Assembly (NCBI GenBank): GCA_009103225.1
Contig: RHPI01003156.1
Location: 1,293,043-1,357,042, forward strand
DNA length: 64,000 bases
Source: Chlorokybus atmophyticus
Lineage: Eukaryota; Plantae; Mesostigma and Chlorokybus algae
Reading direction: 5' to 3'
In this document: piece by piece, positions 36,001-49,471 of the stretch
How positions within the stretch are numbered: the stretch's first letter is position 1
Layout of the letters: every line of letters starts with the position of its first letter
Notes under the pieces: model-generated
What the model saw: only the letters and a program-made list of their open reading frames with translations
What the model was told of the DNA's origin: nothing
The model's database searches: none
Made by a program: the position numbers and the translations under genes

Positions 36001-39000
36001 TGGGGAGTTTTGCAACGCACTGTCTAGCAAGACGATTGATACTATTAATCCAACCACAGAGGAGGTCATTTGCCAGGTACGGGACGACACGTCCCTTGCG
36101 TTTTTGGCTATGCCCAAGGCCTGGGTGTGTGTGGCATTGCGTCATTGAGTGTGCACATGGCTGTATGCACTCTGTGCTATGCTGGTGTTGCTACCCTGCA
36201 GCTCTTAAACTCGCATGGCAATTGAAAGGATCTATGCATTGGACAGCGTAGTAAGTGCACACGCATGCACATGTACACATGCGCGCGTGCGCACGCACAC
36301 AAACATACATGAATGTGCGTGCATGCATGCGTCATGCATGATGCTACTTGCAGTGGGTCAAGTAGGACGATGTGGCATGAAGCTGTTACGTCTGTATGGT
36401 GGCAAAGTGCCAGAGTGCAGGGCAGCTACTTGGTTCCGATGCTTGCTATATTTTGACGGATGGTCATCACATGCGCAGGTACAAGCCGCTGGAGTTGAAG
36501 ATGTGGACGTAGCTGTGAAAGCCGCCAAGAAGGCCTTTGAAACGGGCGAGTGGCGGTCAATGAATGCGCGCGACCGCGGCCGTTTGATGTACAAGCTCGC
36601 AGATGGCTTGGAGGCCGCCAAAGAAGAGCTTGCAACACTGGAGTCACTAGATTCAGGTACCATTTTTCTTCTTTTTGCTTATTTGCATATTGCATCACAA
36701 CATTACATCACCACAAGCAGTACACTTGCATTACTAATATCTGAGATAGGTGCGTCTTATTCAACGCATGCACTCATTTGTTGCTTCTTACAATGCATAT
36801 GCTCAATAGGTGCTGTGTACACGCTCGCGGTGAAGACCCACATCGGCATGTCCATCGACACATTCCGCTACTTTGCGGGGCTTTGCGATAAGGTCAGCGG
36901 GCGCGTGATACCCATCAACCACGCCCGCCCCAACTACGACCTGTGCTTCACCAAGAAGGAGCCCATCGGCGTCGTCGGCCTCGTCATTCCCTGGAACTAC
37001 CCCCTCATGATGCTCGCGTGGAAAATGGCCGCTGCCCTTGCGGCTGGAAACACTGTTGTTCTCAAACCTGCAGAGGTACTAGATGTACATTGGGCATATA
37101 CATGTATGCATATGTCTGCTCACATGTTCCAGCAGTTACGTACACCCATATCTGCATCTGTATTACACATGTTTCTGCTCGCATGCACATGTGTACTGTG
37201 TTTTACAATATCCTTGTTTTCTGCGGATGTGCATACATTGATAGGTGTGTGATGTATTACATAACTTGTGTATAGCCATGTTGTAAGTATGCATGCATGC
37301 GTTTGCCTGCGTGTGTGTCTACATGCATGCAAACAAATATATGTAGGTACAACTTACTCATAAACACACACATGCGCACAGGTATGCACGCATGCATGCA
37401 TATATGTATGACCTTGTATGACATCCTTTGGTACAGCGTCTGCAGGATATGACCAAGCGTGTGTTCCAAGAAGCTAACAACCTTTGCCGCAGGTGACGCC
37501 ATTGACAGCGTTGAAGTTTGCTGAGATATCCGCGCGGGTTGGTTTTCCGAAGGGCGTGATCAACATCCTTCCCGGTTTGGGTCCGGTGGCTGGTCAGGCG
37601 CTGGCGGAGCACCCGCTGGTATCGAAGCTGGGCTTTACGGGGTCAACGAAGGTCGGGAAGATTGTAATGGAGGCCGCCGCCAAGAGCAACGCCAAGCGCG
37701 TGAGTCTGGAGCTAGGTGGCAAGTCACCGCTTATCGTGTTCGCTGACGCTGACCTTACGCGCGCCGTGCGTAATGCCCTCGGCGCCTGTTTTTTTAACAA
37801 GGTCAGGGATGCGCGAACCAACACGTTACTCACGCTTTCAAGCACGTGCATGCAAGTGTATGCATGCATACAAGCACGCCGTGTGCTGAAGCATATATGA
37901 TGCCATGCACATCGTGGTCTCTCTCGCATGCGTGCGTGCGTGCATCACACAGGCAGGCGCACACTCAACTGCAGCATGCTGTGGGACATGTTGCCATCGT
38001 TCATGGAAGTTGTTTGCATGTTTGCAGGCTTGTTGTATGGTGGAACGCTTGGGCTCTGATGCATGGTGTACTGCATGCACAGTGGCAGCATCCTTGTGAA
38101 GATTGTGACGATTTGTGTTTGCAGGGCGAGAACTGCATAGCAGCCGGGCGCATATTTGTTGAGGATAGCATACATGACGAGTTCGTGCGATTGGTTGTTG
38201 AAGAAACGAAGAAAATAACCATTGGGGACCCTCTGGACAGGTCAGTTGTTGCTGCTGGCTTAATGGTTTGCTTTAACTGTGTGGAGTATTGTATAGGATA
38301 AGTGACCCGACACTGCACACACAAGCTGCGTCATTGCAGGAGCGTGTCACATGGCCCTCAGAACCACAAAGCCCACCTGGACAAGCTCGTGGCGTACATC
38401 CAGAAGGGCGTGGAGGAGGGCGCAACCCTTGCCTATGGCGGGAAGCGCGTTGACCGAAAGGGCTACTTCTTGCAACCGACCGTTTTTACCAACGTCAAAG
38501 ATGACGTCTTCATCGCAAAGGAAGAAAGGTGTGCCCAATCTCATGCCTGCCTTTGTGAGTTGACTGCACATCTTGTTTCCTAGCGACTAGCACTATGTCA
38601 ACACACATGCGCACATCGCATGGGGCTGTGCGTGTCTGCGTATGTGCGCAGGCACCTGTGTGCATGTGTGTGTAAAAGTGCACACATGTGTTTGTCCATG
38701 CACGCCTACTTGCACGCATGCCCAGGCATGCACATGCGCGCGCTGGCACACATGTATGCACATACACATGCAAACACACGCGCATATGTCTACTCGCTTC
38801 ATGCGCACGAGCTTGCACAAGCACACTGAATCCTCATTCACTCTGGCAGTTTTGGTCCCATCATGATTATCTCCACATTCGATGGGAGTGTCGACACGGT
38901 GCTGCGGCGAGCCAACAACACCGACTACGGGCTTTCGTCCGGCGTGTTCACGCGCGACATCAACAAGGCGCTCCGTGTAGTGGACGGCCTTCAAGCAGGC

Positions 39001-39144
39001 ACTTGCTACATAAACACGTACAACAAGACTGATGTCGCCTCGCCGTTTGGCGGCTTTAAACAGAGCGGCTTCGGCAAAGACTTGGGCGAAGAAGCGCTCA
39101 ATGAATACCTGCAAACAAAAGCCGTTACCATTGAGTACTCATAG
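33066..39144 (+). CDS. ALDH1L1: 10-formyltetrahydrofolate dehydrogenase (ALDH1L/FDH): formyltransferase/hydrolase, acyl-carrier and ALDH domains, many exons
   Basis: [16 protein letters not shown]; [19 protein letters not shown]; WADDGLDTG; FLFPEGI; [14 protein letters not shown]; [15 protein letters not shown] (Ser at 35629-35631); [12 protein letters not shown]; FTGST; LELGGKSP; GENCIAAGR (Cys at 38134-38136); EESFGPIM; [41 protein letters not shown]. The gene symbol marks family membership, not proven L1 orthology. Confidence 0.97.
33522..33653. other. Assembly gap (132 N) flanked by poly-G, inside ALDH1L intron 1
   Basis: Run of N in the sequence. Confidence 1.
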
Positions 39145-39556
39145 GTACTCATTCAACAATCATTGCAGCCATTTGCAGCCACTTCACTTGTCGGTTGTTA
39201 GCCATTTGCAACATTGTTAACAAGTAACAATTATTGAACCATCAGCATAGATTTTGTTGGGTTGCTCAAGTCAGTAGTTTGCAGAGTGTGTGGGCTTTAT
39301 TTTCATGCTGTATAGTTTAAGCAGCTTTGCGCAGGGTGTGTTACATAGCACATTTGCTGTCTTACAAAACGCCTCTTGTTGAGTGTTGTTTACTAGCTGG
39401 CAATGCCACGTAAGATCAGAAGGGAGTGCTAGTGCATATGCTACGCGCTGATGAACAAAAGTAAAGCTGCTTCTTTACATAACTTAACCTCATCATTCTT
39501 TGCTCAAGTAACTGCGTGTCAACTTCAATTGTTGTACATGTTATGGTTTGCACGGG

Positions 39557-41576
39557 TCACAAGGATCCAAATGCACCCCTGCGTGCCGCTGTGACTATAT
39601 CCGAGTCCCAATGCTCGTCTCCGCCCAACTTCTGCGTCATTTTGTCCAACGTTTCCTGTTGGGAAGGCATGTGAAGCCATGTCTGTATGTATGCATATGC
39701 GTGAGTGTGCATGTGCGTGCGTGCATGTGCATGTGCGTGCGCGCATGTGCATGTGCGTGTGCGCGTGCCTGCATGCGTGCCTGCATGTGGGGGCGCAGGT
39801 GGGTGTGGGGTTGTGCGGGTGAATTTGTGTGTACTGCACATGATGGATGATGCGTGTGTCGTGAGCGTGGCTGTGCTGATATGCTTCAGCTGACAAGGGC
39901 TCAGTGAATCGTTCACATCATCAGTAGTGCTGCTGCTTGTTTATGAGATCCTTAACCTCGCAATACCTTCAACATGTCCGAGAACTCCTCCGCCATGTCC
40001 TCCATCTTCGACTTCATTTCCGACACCTAACATTTGCAACAAACAACAACACGTTTGTCGTATCCGAATGTGTCATCGCCGTTGCGTACTTTGTCATGCC
40101 CTCAACCATTGTCATGCCAATGCTAATCAAACAGTGCGTTCAAGGCGCTCGCATGCGGTCATGCACAGATCTCGATATCACTCTCAACATTGAATGTTGC
40201 AATGTTGCAATGCACTTACTGCACGCTCGTGTGCAGACTCTGCTGCCAGCTTCTCCTTCTTCAACTGCGCAATCGCAGAACTCTTCTGCGCTGTGAGACA
40301 AAGGATGTCAGTTCAGCAACAAAAGTATAACAGTACTCAGAGTGGCAACAACATCTTCAATAGCACCAACAACAACATCAGCAAACACACTATGATGAGC
40401 GCACCGGACTCGGCCACCAGAGTAGTACAACGCGCCTCCAGATCAGTAATTTTCCCTGTCAAGCCCGCCTGCACCGACTGCGCTTGCCGCCTCATACTCG
40501 CACTGCCGTCGCAAATTGTTATTGTTCTTACTTTGATGACAACAACAACAACCACAAGAACAACAACGACACCACACCCACAACAGTCACAACTACTCAC
40601 ACAATGTCATCTGCGTTTTTTTTCTGGTCTGTTATGTTCTTCTCCTGCAGCTCTATCTGCTCCCTCAGCCGCCTCTCTGAAGCCCTGCCCAGCAACATCT
40701 CCCTCTCCCTCTCCCCTGCCAACTATACGAGTTGAAAATTACGGAAGATAGCGCAGTGGCTTTGTCCGCGCTCACAACAATAACAACAACAACAACAACA
40801 ACAACAATACACGCAACACACACCTAGTTGCCATTTGAGCGTGGTGATGTCGGTTTCTGCCCTTTGCAGCTGAGCTTTGTATGCGGCGATCACAACCTCA
40901 GGATCAGCTGCACGCACAGAGAGGATCATTGGTACAAAGTCGACCTTTGAGTGGTTGTGGTTGTGGTTGTGGTTGTGGTTGAGGCGCACGCACGCGCACA
41001 CGCAGTCAAAAGAGTGTATGTTGAGCAGGTGTTCTTTCACGAGTTCAGCAAACTTTGATCTTGGATGATTGATCTGCTGCACACCTCTCTCTGACGTATG
41101 TGTAGTATTGCTGATGATAAACTCACGCTTTTTCTGTGCTGTTTTGGGCCTCTTTGAGCTCGCTGTCGCCGGCCTCGGCCTCGTGCTGGCCATACCCACA
41201 TCACAACTAAAAGGCAGACTCGACAACACCCTTAATGACAAAAATTTCAAACACCACACAACATCAGAAAGCCGTGAGCTGAGTTGGTGCGTAAACAGGC
41301 AACAACAACAACAACAACAACAACAGCATCACATGTTTGCGACACGTGAGTTGAACCCAGTTCCAGCCTCCAGCAAGCAATACACTCGCCGCGATCCGGA
41401 TCATGCCTGACTGTCACGATCGCGCCACACAATTGCCACGCGTAAGGATCGCCACGGCCAAGTTAGTTGCAGCGCTGTTGCTCAGCCGCTGCCTGCTGCA
41501 GTGGCAAGCGCGGCGTTGCAGATAGCGTTGTAGGACGCGTCAAACCCTACCTCGAGGTGGCGGCGGCAGCAGCCAT
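39557..41576 (-). CDS. CCDC153: Coiled-coil protein, CCDC153/DRC12-like (axonemal dynein regulatory complex)
   Basis: Lys-rich N-terminus, coiled-coil exons, and C-terminal [20 protein letters not shown]|[10 protein letters not shown] typical of recalled CCDC153 homologues. Start is either 41576 or 41193. Confidence 0.65.
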
Positions 41577-41684
41577 AGCCGCAGCGGCAGTGCTGTGGTA
41601 GCCCTCTTTGCGCCTGGTTGTTGCCGGCGCCGGTGGCGGCGGCGGCGGCGGGTGCGGTGGGTTGGTGAGGAAGGAGGTTTAGGG
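41542..41684. promoter_or_regulatory. Telo-box motifs near the RPL19 start (AAACCCTA at 41542-41549; TTTAGGG at 41678-41684)
   Basis: Exact telo-box matches upstream of a ribosomal protein gene, the known context for this element in plants. Confidence 0.5.
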
Positions 41685-41708
41685 AGGGTTGGACGGAGTT
41701 TGGACAAG

Positions 41709-43040
41709 ATGGTGTCCCTCCGCCTGCAGAAGCGCCTGGCGGCGTCGGTGCTGAAGTGCGGCAAGCGCAAGGTCTGGCTTGACCCTAATGAAGTCAACGA
41801 GATCTCCATGGCCAACTCCCGTAAGTGTGACGTCATTCTCTCTTATGTTGGTTTTGGCTGTGGGGCTGCGCAGGTGTGTCGTCTATGACGCACAGTTCCT
41901 GCGCTTGCTGCCGATCTCCATAAAACGTTGCCCGCAGAGGCTAGCAACTCTGCAGTTGGCAGTACTTGTCATCATGGTGGGCTGCAGCCAGGCGTCTGCA
42001 CCTCTGTAGCGAGTATCAGCTTGCTCATTGCTGCTGGTCCAGCAGCGAGCAGCAAGTCTGCTCAGCTTGACGTGGTTTCGGACTTAATTGAAGTGCGGAA
42101 CACATAGGTTGACTGTGTTGATCCGCAGTTGCATGCCAGCACTGGTTGTGGCTTGTGGCGGCATACCGCAGCTGTGACGACCTCCTGGCTGTTGCACTGC
42201 ATTTTGCTTTGTGCATATAGCTGTCAAAGCTTTGTGCATCCATTCACTAATACTCTTGCCATGGCAGGGCAAAACATCCGGAAGTTGATCAAGGACGGTT
42301 TCGTCATTCGCAAGCCCCAGAAGATTCACTCGCGCGCTCGCACCCGCCGTCTGCATGAGGCGAAGGCCAAGGGCCGTCACACTGGCCGCGGTACGGTACA
42401 CTCCAACATTGCACAATACTGCATATGTTGTATAATCTGCAGTGTTTCTCGTTTGTGTAGGATTTGGTTGCTTTAACTGTGGCTAGACACTGATGCTCTT
42501 TGCCCTGCAGGTAAGCGCAGGGGTACGCGGGAAGCGCGTCTGCCCACAAAGATCTTGTGGCTGCGAAGGCTTCGCGTGTTGCGCCGATTGCTTAGGAAAT
42601 ACCGTGACGCCAAGAAGATTGACAAGCACATGTACCACAACTTCTACATGCAAGTGAAGGGTAACGTGTTCAAGAACAAGCGTGTGCTCATGGAGACCAT
42701 CCACAAGGCCAAGGCCGAGAAGGTCCGCGAGAAGACCATTTCCGACCAGTTCGAGGCACGCCGCGCAAAGAACAAGGCTTCGCGTACTCGTAAGATTGCA
42801 CGCCGTGAGGAGCGACTTGCGGTAAGTCAATTGCGATAGTGGAGCGTGCGTGCTCATAAGACTGCTTACGTTGCCACATTCTGATGTCATTCTCCATGTG
42901 CAGGGCATTGCTGCTGATGTTGCCATGGATGCTCCCACCGGTCAAACAGGGTAAGCTAGCGCAATTTGCTCTTGTCCAAAGCCATTTCAGGCGCTTGTGC
43001 TTTGTGCTGAGTTCTATGTTTCTGTTGCAGGAAGAAGTAA
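41709..43040 (+). CDS. RPL19: 60S ribosomal protein eL19, 5 exons
   Basis: [38 protein letters not shown]|[10 protein letters not shown]...GRHTGRG|[11 protein letters not shown]...[13 protein letters not shown]; ends GKK* at 43040. Confidence 0.98.
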
Positions 43041-45394
43041 ACACAATTAGTGCCGTAATCTTAGACTGGTGGGTTTGGTACCAAGCCTGACCGCAGGAAT
43101 TAGCTGTACCGTGTTTTGCCCTGACCAATGTCAGACCCTGTATGAAACTACATGAGCACGGGTTGCATGCCTTGGCCTCTCTGGTGTCTGGTTTGCACCG
43201 CGTTGCCTGATCGTTCAAATTGTTCGTGTCAATGCCAGCTCCAGGTTTGTGACATCTCTGTGGGTGCATCTGCAGTCTGCTGCGTGTCCATTATCACCTG
43301 TAATTGAGCCATTGCAACCAGGGTCATACAGGTGTACTTGGCATTTTATGTACACATATTGGATGCCAGCATCAGGTATTATCATGGTTGGCGGGACCAG
43401 TCCTTGATTGAGGGGATTGTGTGCGCTATCTCTTACAACCACTATTGTACATATGCTTGGGTTGTACCGCATTTGCACATAGATACACAGCCCCATAGCT
43501 AGACCACGTGATCTCCGACTACTGACGCAGATGCGGCGCTTGCTTGGTGCGACATGATATCTGTGTGTAGGGTTGTATGTTGGTGGTGTCTGGTTGGCCA
43601 TGGTGGTCGTTAGGCATGGTGGCAGCACTAGACAATGAACACTTGTGTCTCGTTGATATTACAGGTTGTCGTATATTAGCAGCTTGTGCCTTGTGCCCTG
43701 TGCTGTTTACTTGCTGCATGCTGCGTGCTTGTTGTGGCTATGTTATGCTTGTAATCTTTCATTGCTATACACTATACTTGTAAGGACACCATAGTTGTAG
43801 CACTTGATATTTCTTACGACGCTCTTTTGAATCTATGCGCAGTGCCGCGCATAAGGCGTTGGGTGATTATCTCATAGCGTGCAAGAAGCATGTTACTGCA
43901 TCGGTAAAGAGCCTGTTGATTTCATGCCAATTCTTGGACAAGATACACAGATGCGAAAAGATTCCTTAATCGCGAAGTCAAGCCGCGGCTGATGCCTACT
44001 GTTGGAACCACTATCATGAATTGCAGCACTCAATTAGGCAGGGAAGCACATGCCTCGAAGTTGGCAAAGTGCTGTAAGCACAGCAAGTATGCACATACAA
44101 ACTCAGTTTCATTCTTCATTCTTCATGTGGCCGAGAGGCGTTTCGTACTTAGGGGACCTCATTCTACAAATACACCAACATCGCGCCCCGCATGGTTCAG
44201 CATAGAGGATTGTATGCCATCCGCATGTCGGGCTAAGATTAACAACTTCGATGCCCGTAATTAGATTAAGATTAACGACTGCCCACCAACTCACTACGCT
44301 GAGGCGATTCACTCTGCCTAGCGCGACATCATACATGTCTGCTGCTGCATTATGTTCATGTACCTGCCGACTGCAGGGCTAATCGTGGCCACTTGTGTGC
44401 GCCTTGTGTTGCTTGAGCCATTGCACGACACATAGCAGCACTTATGGTAGAGAGTAGGTGGCTCCGGGTGTATTATGAACTACCTTTGCTTGTGATGTCC
44501 GCTTCGCTGGCCCTGCTGTGCATCTTCGCATGTCCACGCACGTTTGCATAATCTACTGCGATCCATACCATATTCAACTCTCCATGACAGTGTCTAATAG
44601 CTAGCATTGCTCTGAATCCGGGATGCAAGTCTTCGCGTGCATTCAATTTGGTTGCTCTTGGTGTGCTACTATGTTTGCACACGGGCACACTTGCACTCCA
44701 TAGCTTGACGTATGCAGCGAATTGTGCATCATCGGGCTCGAAGCGTGGCGCATGTTGAGAGAGCAACTACGAGCGTGTCTGCAGTTTAGGGTTGGCTACC
44801 ACCACGGCCTGTCCCTACGACTACCCAGTCGGACGTTGCGATGCTCTTGGCGCGAGTGGACATGAGGTCACAAGAGAGTGCTAGTGCATATGCTTACATG
44901 CATGGGTGGTTGCCGCGTGTTGGTATTTGGTAGTTGCCTTGTGTTGATGTGTAGCGCTATGGTTCTACATTGGGGCCTTGTGAACTGGCATCACAATATG
45001 GATGATAATAACTACGAACAAAGTCAAACATTGCAACTTCAATGATCACATTGATGCACGGTGTCGTGCTAAACACTCTTCTCATCAACACACACTACTA
45101 GCACGCAACCTGTTCCAACGCACCCACTCACCAATATCAACTTGGCTGGTTATGACAACCGTAAGCGGCATATTATGCTGTGAAGGAGCATATAACATAT
45201 ATACAACTACACATAGCTACAGTCCAGTACAACATGAGTGCTGTCCATTTTAAATGTGCCCAAGCTTTCAATCAAAAAGGGAAACCAGCTGAGTGCAGCA
45301 TCAGGTTCCCCACTTTTGGCGGGTGATTGGTGTGGCGGAAGTGGAGCCAGCCATTAGATTTAATGAAGGCGTGGCGCGTCACAAACTATGCAGA

Positions 45395-47056
45395 TCACAA
45401 GCTGCCGCCCATAAAGTAGTTGGCGAGAAGCACAGCGCCGAACAGAGCCAGCGGACACTGCATCAGAGGGGCGTGTGCATGTCAGTCAACATATGCACAC
45501 ATGATCACATAATAATCATTTCGTCCATGCGCAAAATCCCAGGCAGCAACACTGCATGTAACGAACATAATCAAGTAAGAAACACCTCTCTCGCTTACAC
45601 ATAATAGCAGGGTGAGGGGCGTCTGAGCGTCGCGCAGCAGCTCCCCGACAAAATGCGTCTGCAGCAGACCGAACAGCAGCATCGACCACACCACCACGTG
45701 CGTCACCACTTCCAAGCTATCCACCTGCACCACACGCGCATACACAACACAATGATGATGCCGAGATTGTACTGGACACAGAATCAAACAATACTGCAAG
45801 CACACACGCGCATGTGCAGCACCAGGCACACACTTGTGCGTACACACGCGCGAGCGCGCGCAAGTACACACACATCCAACTCGCCTCATTGGCTGCCTTC
45901 TGAGGTGGTTTGGAGGTGTTCGTGTCAGCAAAGGCGCAATCGTATGAGAGATGGTCCTGCAGGTCCATCCGCAAAACTTGCGCGCACTTCTCGCCGCCAG
46001 CTGGACACGCCACGCTGGCGTAGTCGCAAAGCTGCGAGCGAGAGCACTTAGACGCACCACATGAACACAACGCAATCGCGTGGACACTGACTACCGGTGC
46101 GTGTTCATATCTCGATCATGCGTACCCGTTCGTGCGAGTGGCGCCGACCCCATCGAAGCACTTCTGGACAACTCTCCTCGTCCACATCCCACCTGAAAAT
46201 AGGAAACTTTGACTTAACTCTGTACGTGCACATTGACATGCATCCCGCTCCATGCTGTCACTAAACACTAAACACACTGGTGCACGCACGCACGCACGCA
46301 CGCACAACTCACCCCGTGTCCGTTAGAACGCAAGCGTGCGTGCAGTGAACGAGCAGTCCATCGACGCGCGCCTGCAAATCTGGCTGCAAAGCAGAAACGC
46401 AAACACATTCTTTCAACCACCAACACCAACACCGATAATGACAACAACAACGACAACTTGCTGTTGTCGTACGACAACAACAACAGCAACAGCACAACCA
46501 AGCGCGGCGAGAGGCGCCATGTTACAGTGTCATGTGTTTGTTACCATCCGGAGCATTTTGTCGGGTGGCAGAAGTGGTCGTCGGTCCAACGGGCATCTCC
46601 CCGTGGCAACGTACTCCTTTTCTGCGCAGGCGCCGCAGAAGACGTGACCGCACCTGTGTTGGGAATGGGAAACCATTGCATGCTGTGCAGGGAACAGATG
46701 GTGCTTTGTGTTGTGATCGACATGTGAGTAACGCGTGCGCAACACGTGTCGTAGAATGGAAACCACTTGCGTTCAGCAAGAGTCAGGCACGCTAACGTCT
46801 GGTAAAGAATTATGCAAACCATTGTGAACAGTGTGTATACTATACCCTTGGGCGCTGTGTGCATTGTCTGTGACAGTGCGCGCGCGCGTCACTGTGTTTG
46901 TGTGTGTGGGTGTGTGTTTGTGTGTGGGTGGGTGGGGAGGAGGTGCGTGTGCTGACAACAGTCTCTGCTAGCTGTCAACTCAAGCCTGCCTTTGAGCACA
47001 ACAAGTCACACCATAAGTCGGGCATCGAGGGACAATGTGTGCAGTTGATTGTAGCT

Positions 47057-47092
<36 letters not shown>

Positions 47093-47343
47093 TCCAACGA
47101 CCATCAAAGCAGACATGACCAAGATAATGACGCGACACGAGCTGAAGTGGATGCCCCCCATTGTACGTACGTAACAAGCAATGGTATGTACAAACACCTG
47201 GGGCTCACCTACCTTGCCTGGAGCGGTCGTCGCAGCAGGCGGAAGCAGGCGGAGCACAGCAGCGACGGGTCCGGCCTGTCCACGAACACGTTGACGGAGT
47301 CTTCGCCCGCCACCTCAACGTGACGCCGCTTCCCATCCGCCAT
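45395..47343 (-). CDS. C3HC4 RING plus TRAF-type zinc-finger protein with C-terminal hydrophobic (putative TM) helices; probable membrane-anchored E3 ligase
   Basis: VFVDRPDPSLLCSACFRLLRRPLQAR|CGHVFCGACA...CPLD; LLVHCTHAC...WDVDEESCPEVL; CDYASVACP...CAQVLRMDLQDHLSYDC; then VVVWSMLLFGLL and LTLLLC|CPLALFGAVLLANYFMGGSL*. Confidence 0.8.
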
Positions 47344-47558
47344 CTCAACCACCCCACCCCAGCCTAGCCTTTTCCCTGGGCTGGCCTGGGCTGGCCTGGC
47401 CTGGCTGCACGTTTAAAGACACCAAACGCTCTCTCTAGCAACTTAAATCGTGGCCGTTCAGCGCCTTAACAGGCTGTTAAGGCGCTGAGCGAGTCTGATT
47501 CAGGTTGTCAGGCACGTTAGGCTCTTTGAGAAGTGACAGCTTAACGGGTTGGAGCAGC

Positions 47559-49394
47559 ATGGCGGCGGCGGCGGCGGCGGCGGGGAAGGGTAAGAAGGCG
47601 GCGGGGGCGATGGTCGGCGTCAAGCGAAAGCCTGAAGGAGGAGGAGAAGGACGAGGAAAAGGGGGAGGAGGAGGAGGAGAAGGAGGAAAGGATTTGCAGA
47701 ACAAGCAGTTCCGCCCAGCTGCTGCTGCAGGTGGTGAAGGCGGGAAGACGCAGCCGAAGCAGCACGATGGCAAGCCTCAGGAAAAGGACGCAACTGAGTC
47801 GAGGCAGGATCAGAAGGTGACGTACACACGCACGCGCACGCACACACTCCCACCCAACTCACTCAGTCACTCTCTCATTCTCTTACTCACGTACTCGGTC
47901 TGTCACTCTCGCTCTCGCTCGCTCGCTCGCTCGTGCGCTTGCTCTCGTCTTGTTACAGTCATTGCATGCAAGTCTGCTGTCTTGTTACTGCTTAACGCGT
48001 ACAGTGCATGCAGTCGTCTTGAAAGCTATCCCTGTCAGTGGTGCAAACACACATCGTGTCTCACTTTCCTGCTGAAACACATTCAGTAAGCGTTAACAAC
48101 AGAAAATGTGAAAAGGGTACGAGCTTTGCAATCAATCGCTGTACAGCTTTGGTCAAGGCATGCACGTGAACAATGTCATACACATGTTCTCTGTGCGTCA
48201 GCTGTGTCTGATCAAGTCATCATCACAGGCCGCAAAGGTCGCGCGGAAGGCGAAGCGCAAGCCCAACTTTGAGCTGATTCACGTGAGTCGTCACACCCTG
48301 CTGTTGATTCGTGTTGTTGACTGTGTTGTGTTACAAAACGCAACATATTGAATGCTCTGTCACTTGTCGTGTGCGCAGGATGCCTCGCAGCTTTGGGAGA
48401 AAGTGCGAAGTGAGAAGACGCCCGCAGCAGAACGCACTGCGTGAGTACACAGTCTTTGCAACACGCACCATCTTTTGTTATCGCCTAGTTGTGTTGTCAT
48501 CGCATGCGTGCAGTAGATGACGACAACCACCATTATTGTGTGTGCTTGCAGCTTGGTTGGGCAGCTGTTGCAGAAGCTCAAAGGCAAGCTGTCTGAGCTG
48601 GCTGTGTCCCACACAGCTTCAAGAGTTGTGCAGGTACAGACTATACCTTCATCGTAATCAACCATTTCATACTGAGTTACACAGGCATGAACAGGCTGTG
48701 TGCTGAGGTTTTGTGTACATGTTACCATAGCTTGTTACGTTGTGTTCGGTAAATCTCATCCCTTAAATGTCTTGTTATTCTTGCGCACGCTTGATCAGCT
48801 TCCCTTACAGACTTGTCTCAAGCACGGCACGCCCGAGGCGAGGGCGACGATCTACGCGGAGCTTCAGCCTCACGCGGTGGTGCTGTCCAAGAATGTGTAC
48901 GCGCACTTTCTGGTTGGGAAGCTGCTCGATTACGGCACCAAAGAGCAGCAGCAGCAGCTACGGAAACTGTTTAACGGCCATGTTGTGGCGCTGATGCGCC
49001 ATCCCACAGCCTCAGCAGGTACGCGCGTATGTGCGCATGGTGCGTATGTGTATGAAGCATACATACACATATACACGCCTATACACACGTATGTGCGTCG
49101 CATACCTGTGCACACGCATGCAACACATACACGTGTGTTTGCATGTCTTGCATACACATGCACATATATGCGATGCATATGTATGCACAATGTTGGTTGG
49201 TTGGTTGGTTGATAGATAGTCATCCTGCGCAGTTGTTGAGCAGGTGTATCAGGCATCAAGCGCGAAGGACAAGCAGCTGATGGCCGCAGAGTTCTATTCA
49301 GAGGAGTACCGGCTGTTCAAAGGCAGCGACGCTGTCGGCTCCGGCAGGTTTGGCATGCTAGTCATCTCTGTTACAATGCAGCTGCCTCACACAC

Positions 49395-49471
<77 letters not shown>

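Noticed and set aside
29509-39144. MOT1 next to an 'FDH' as a molybdenum-dependent formate dehydrogenase system
   Set aside because: ALDH1L/FDH is an NADP-dependent ALDH-fold enzyme, not a molybdoenzyme. Only the abbreviation is shared, so adjacency alone shows no functional link.
41821-42903. Intronic snoRNAs in RPL19
   Set aside because: No paired C (RUGAUGA) and D (CUGA) boxes with terminal stems could be seen by eye.
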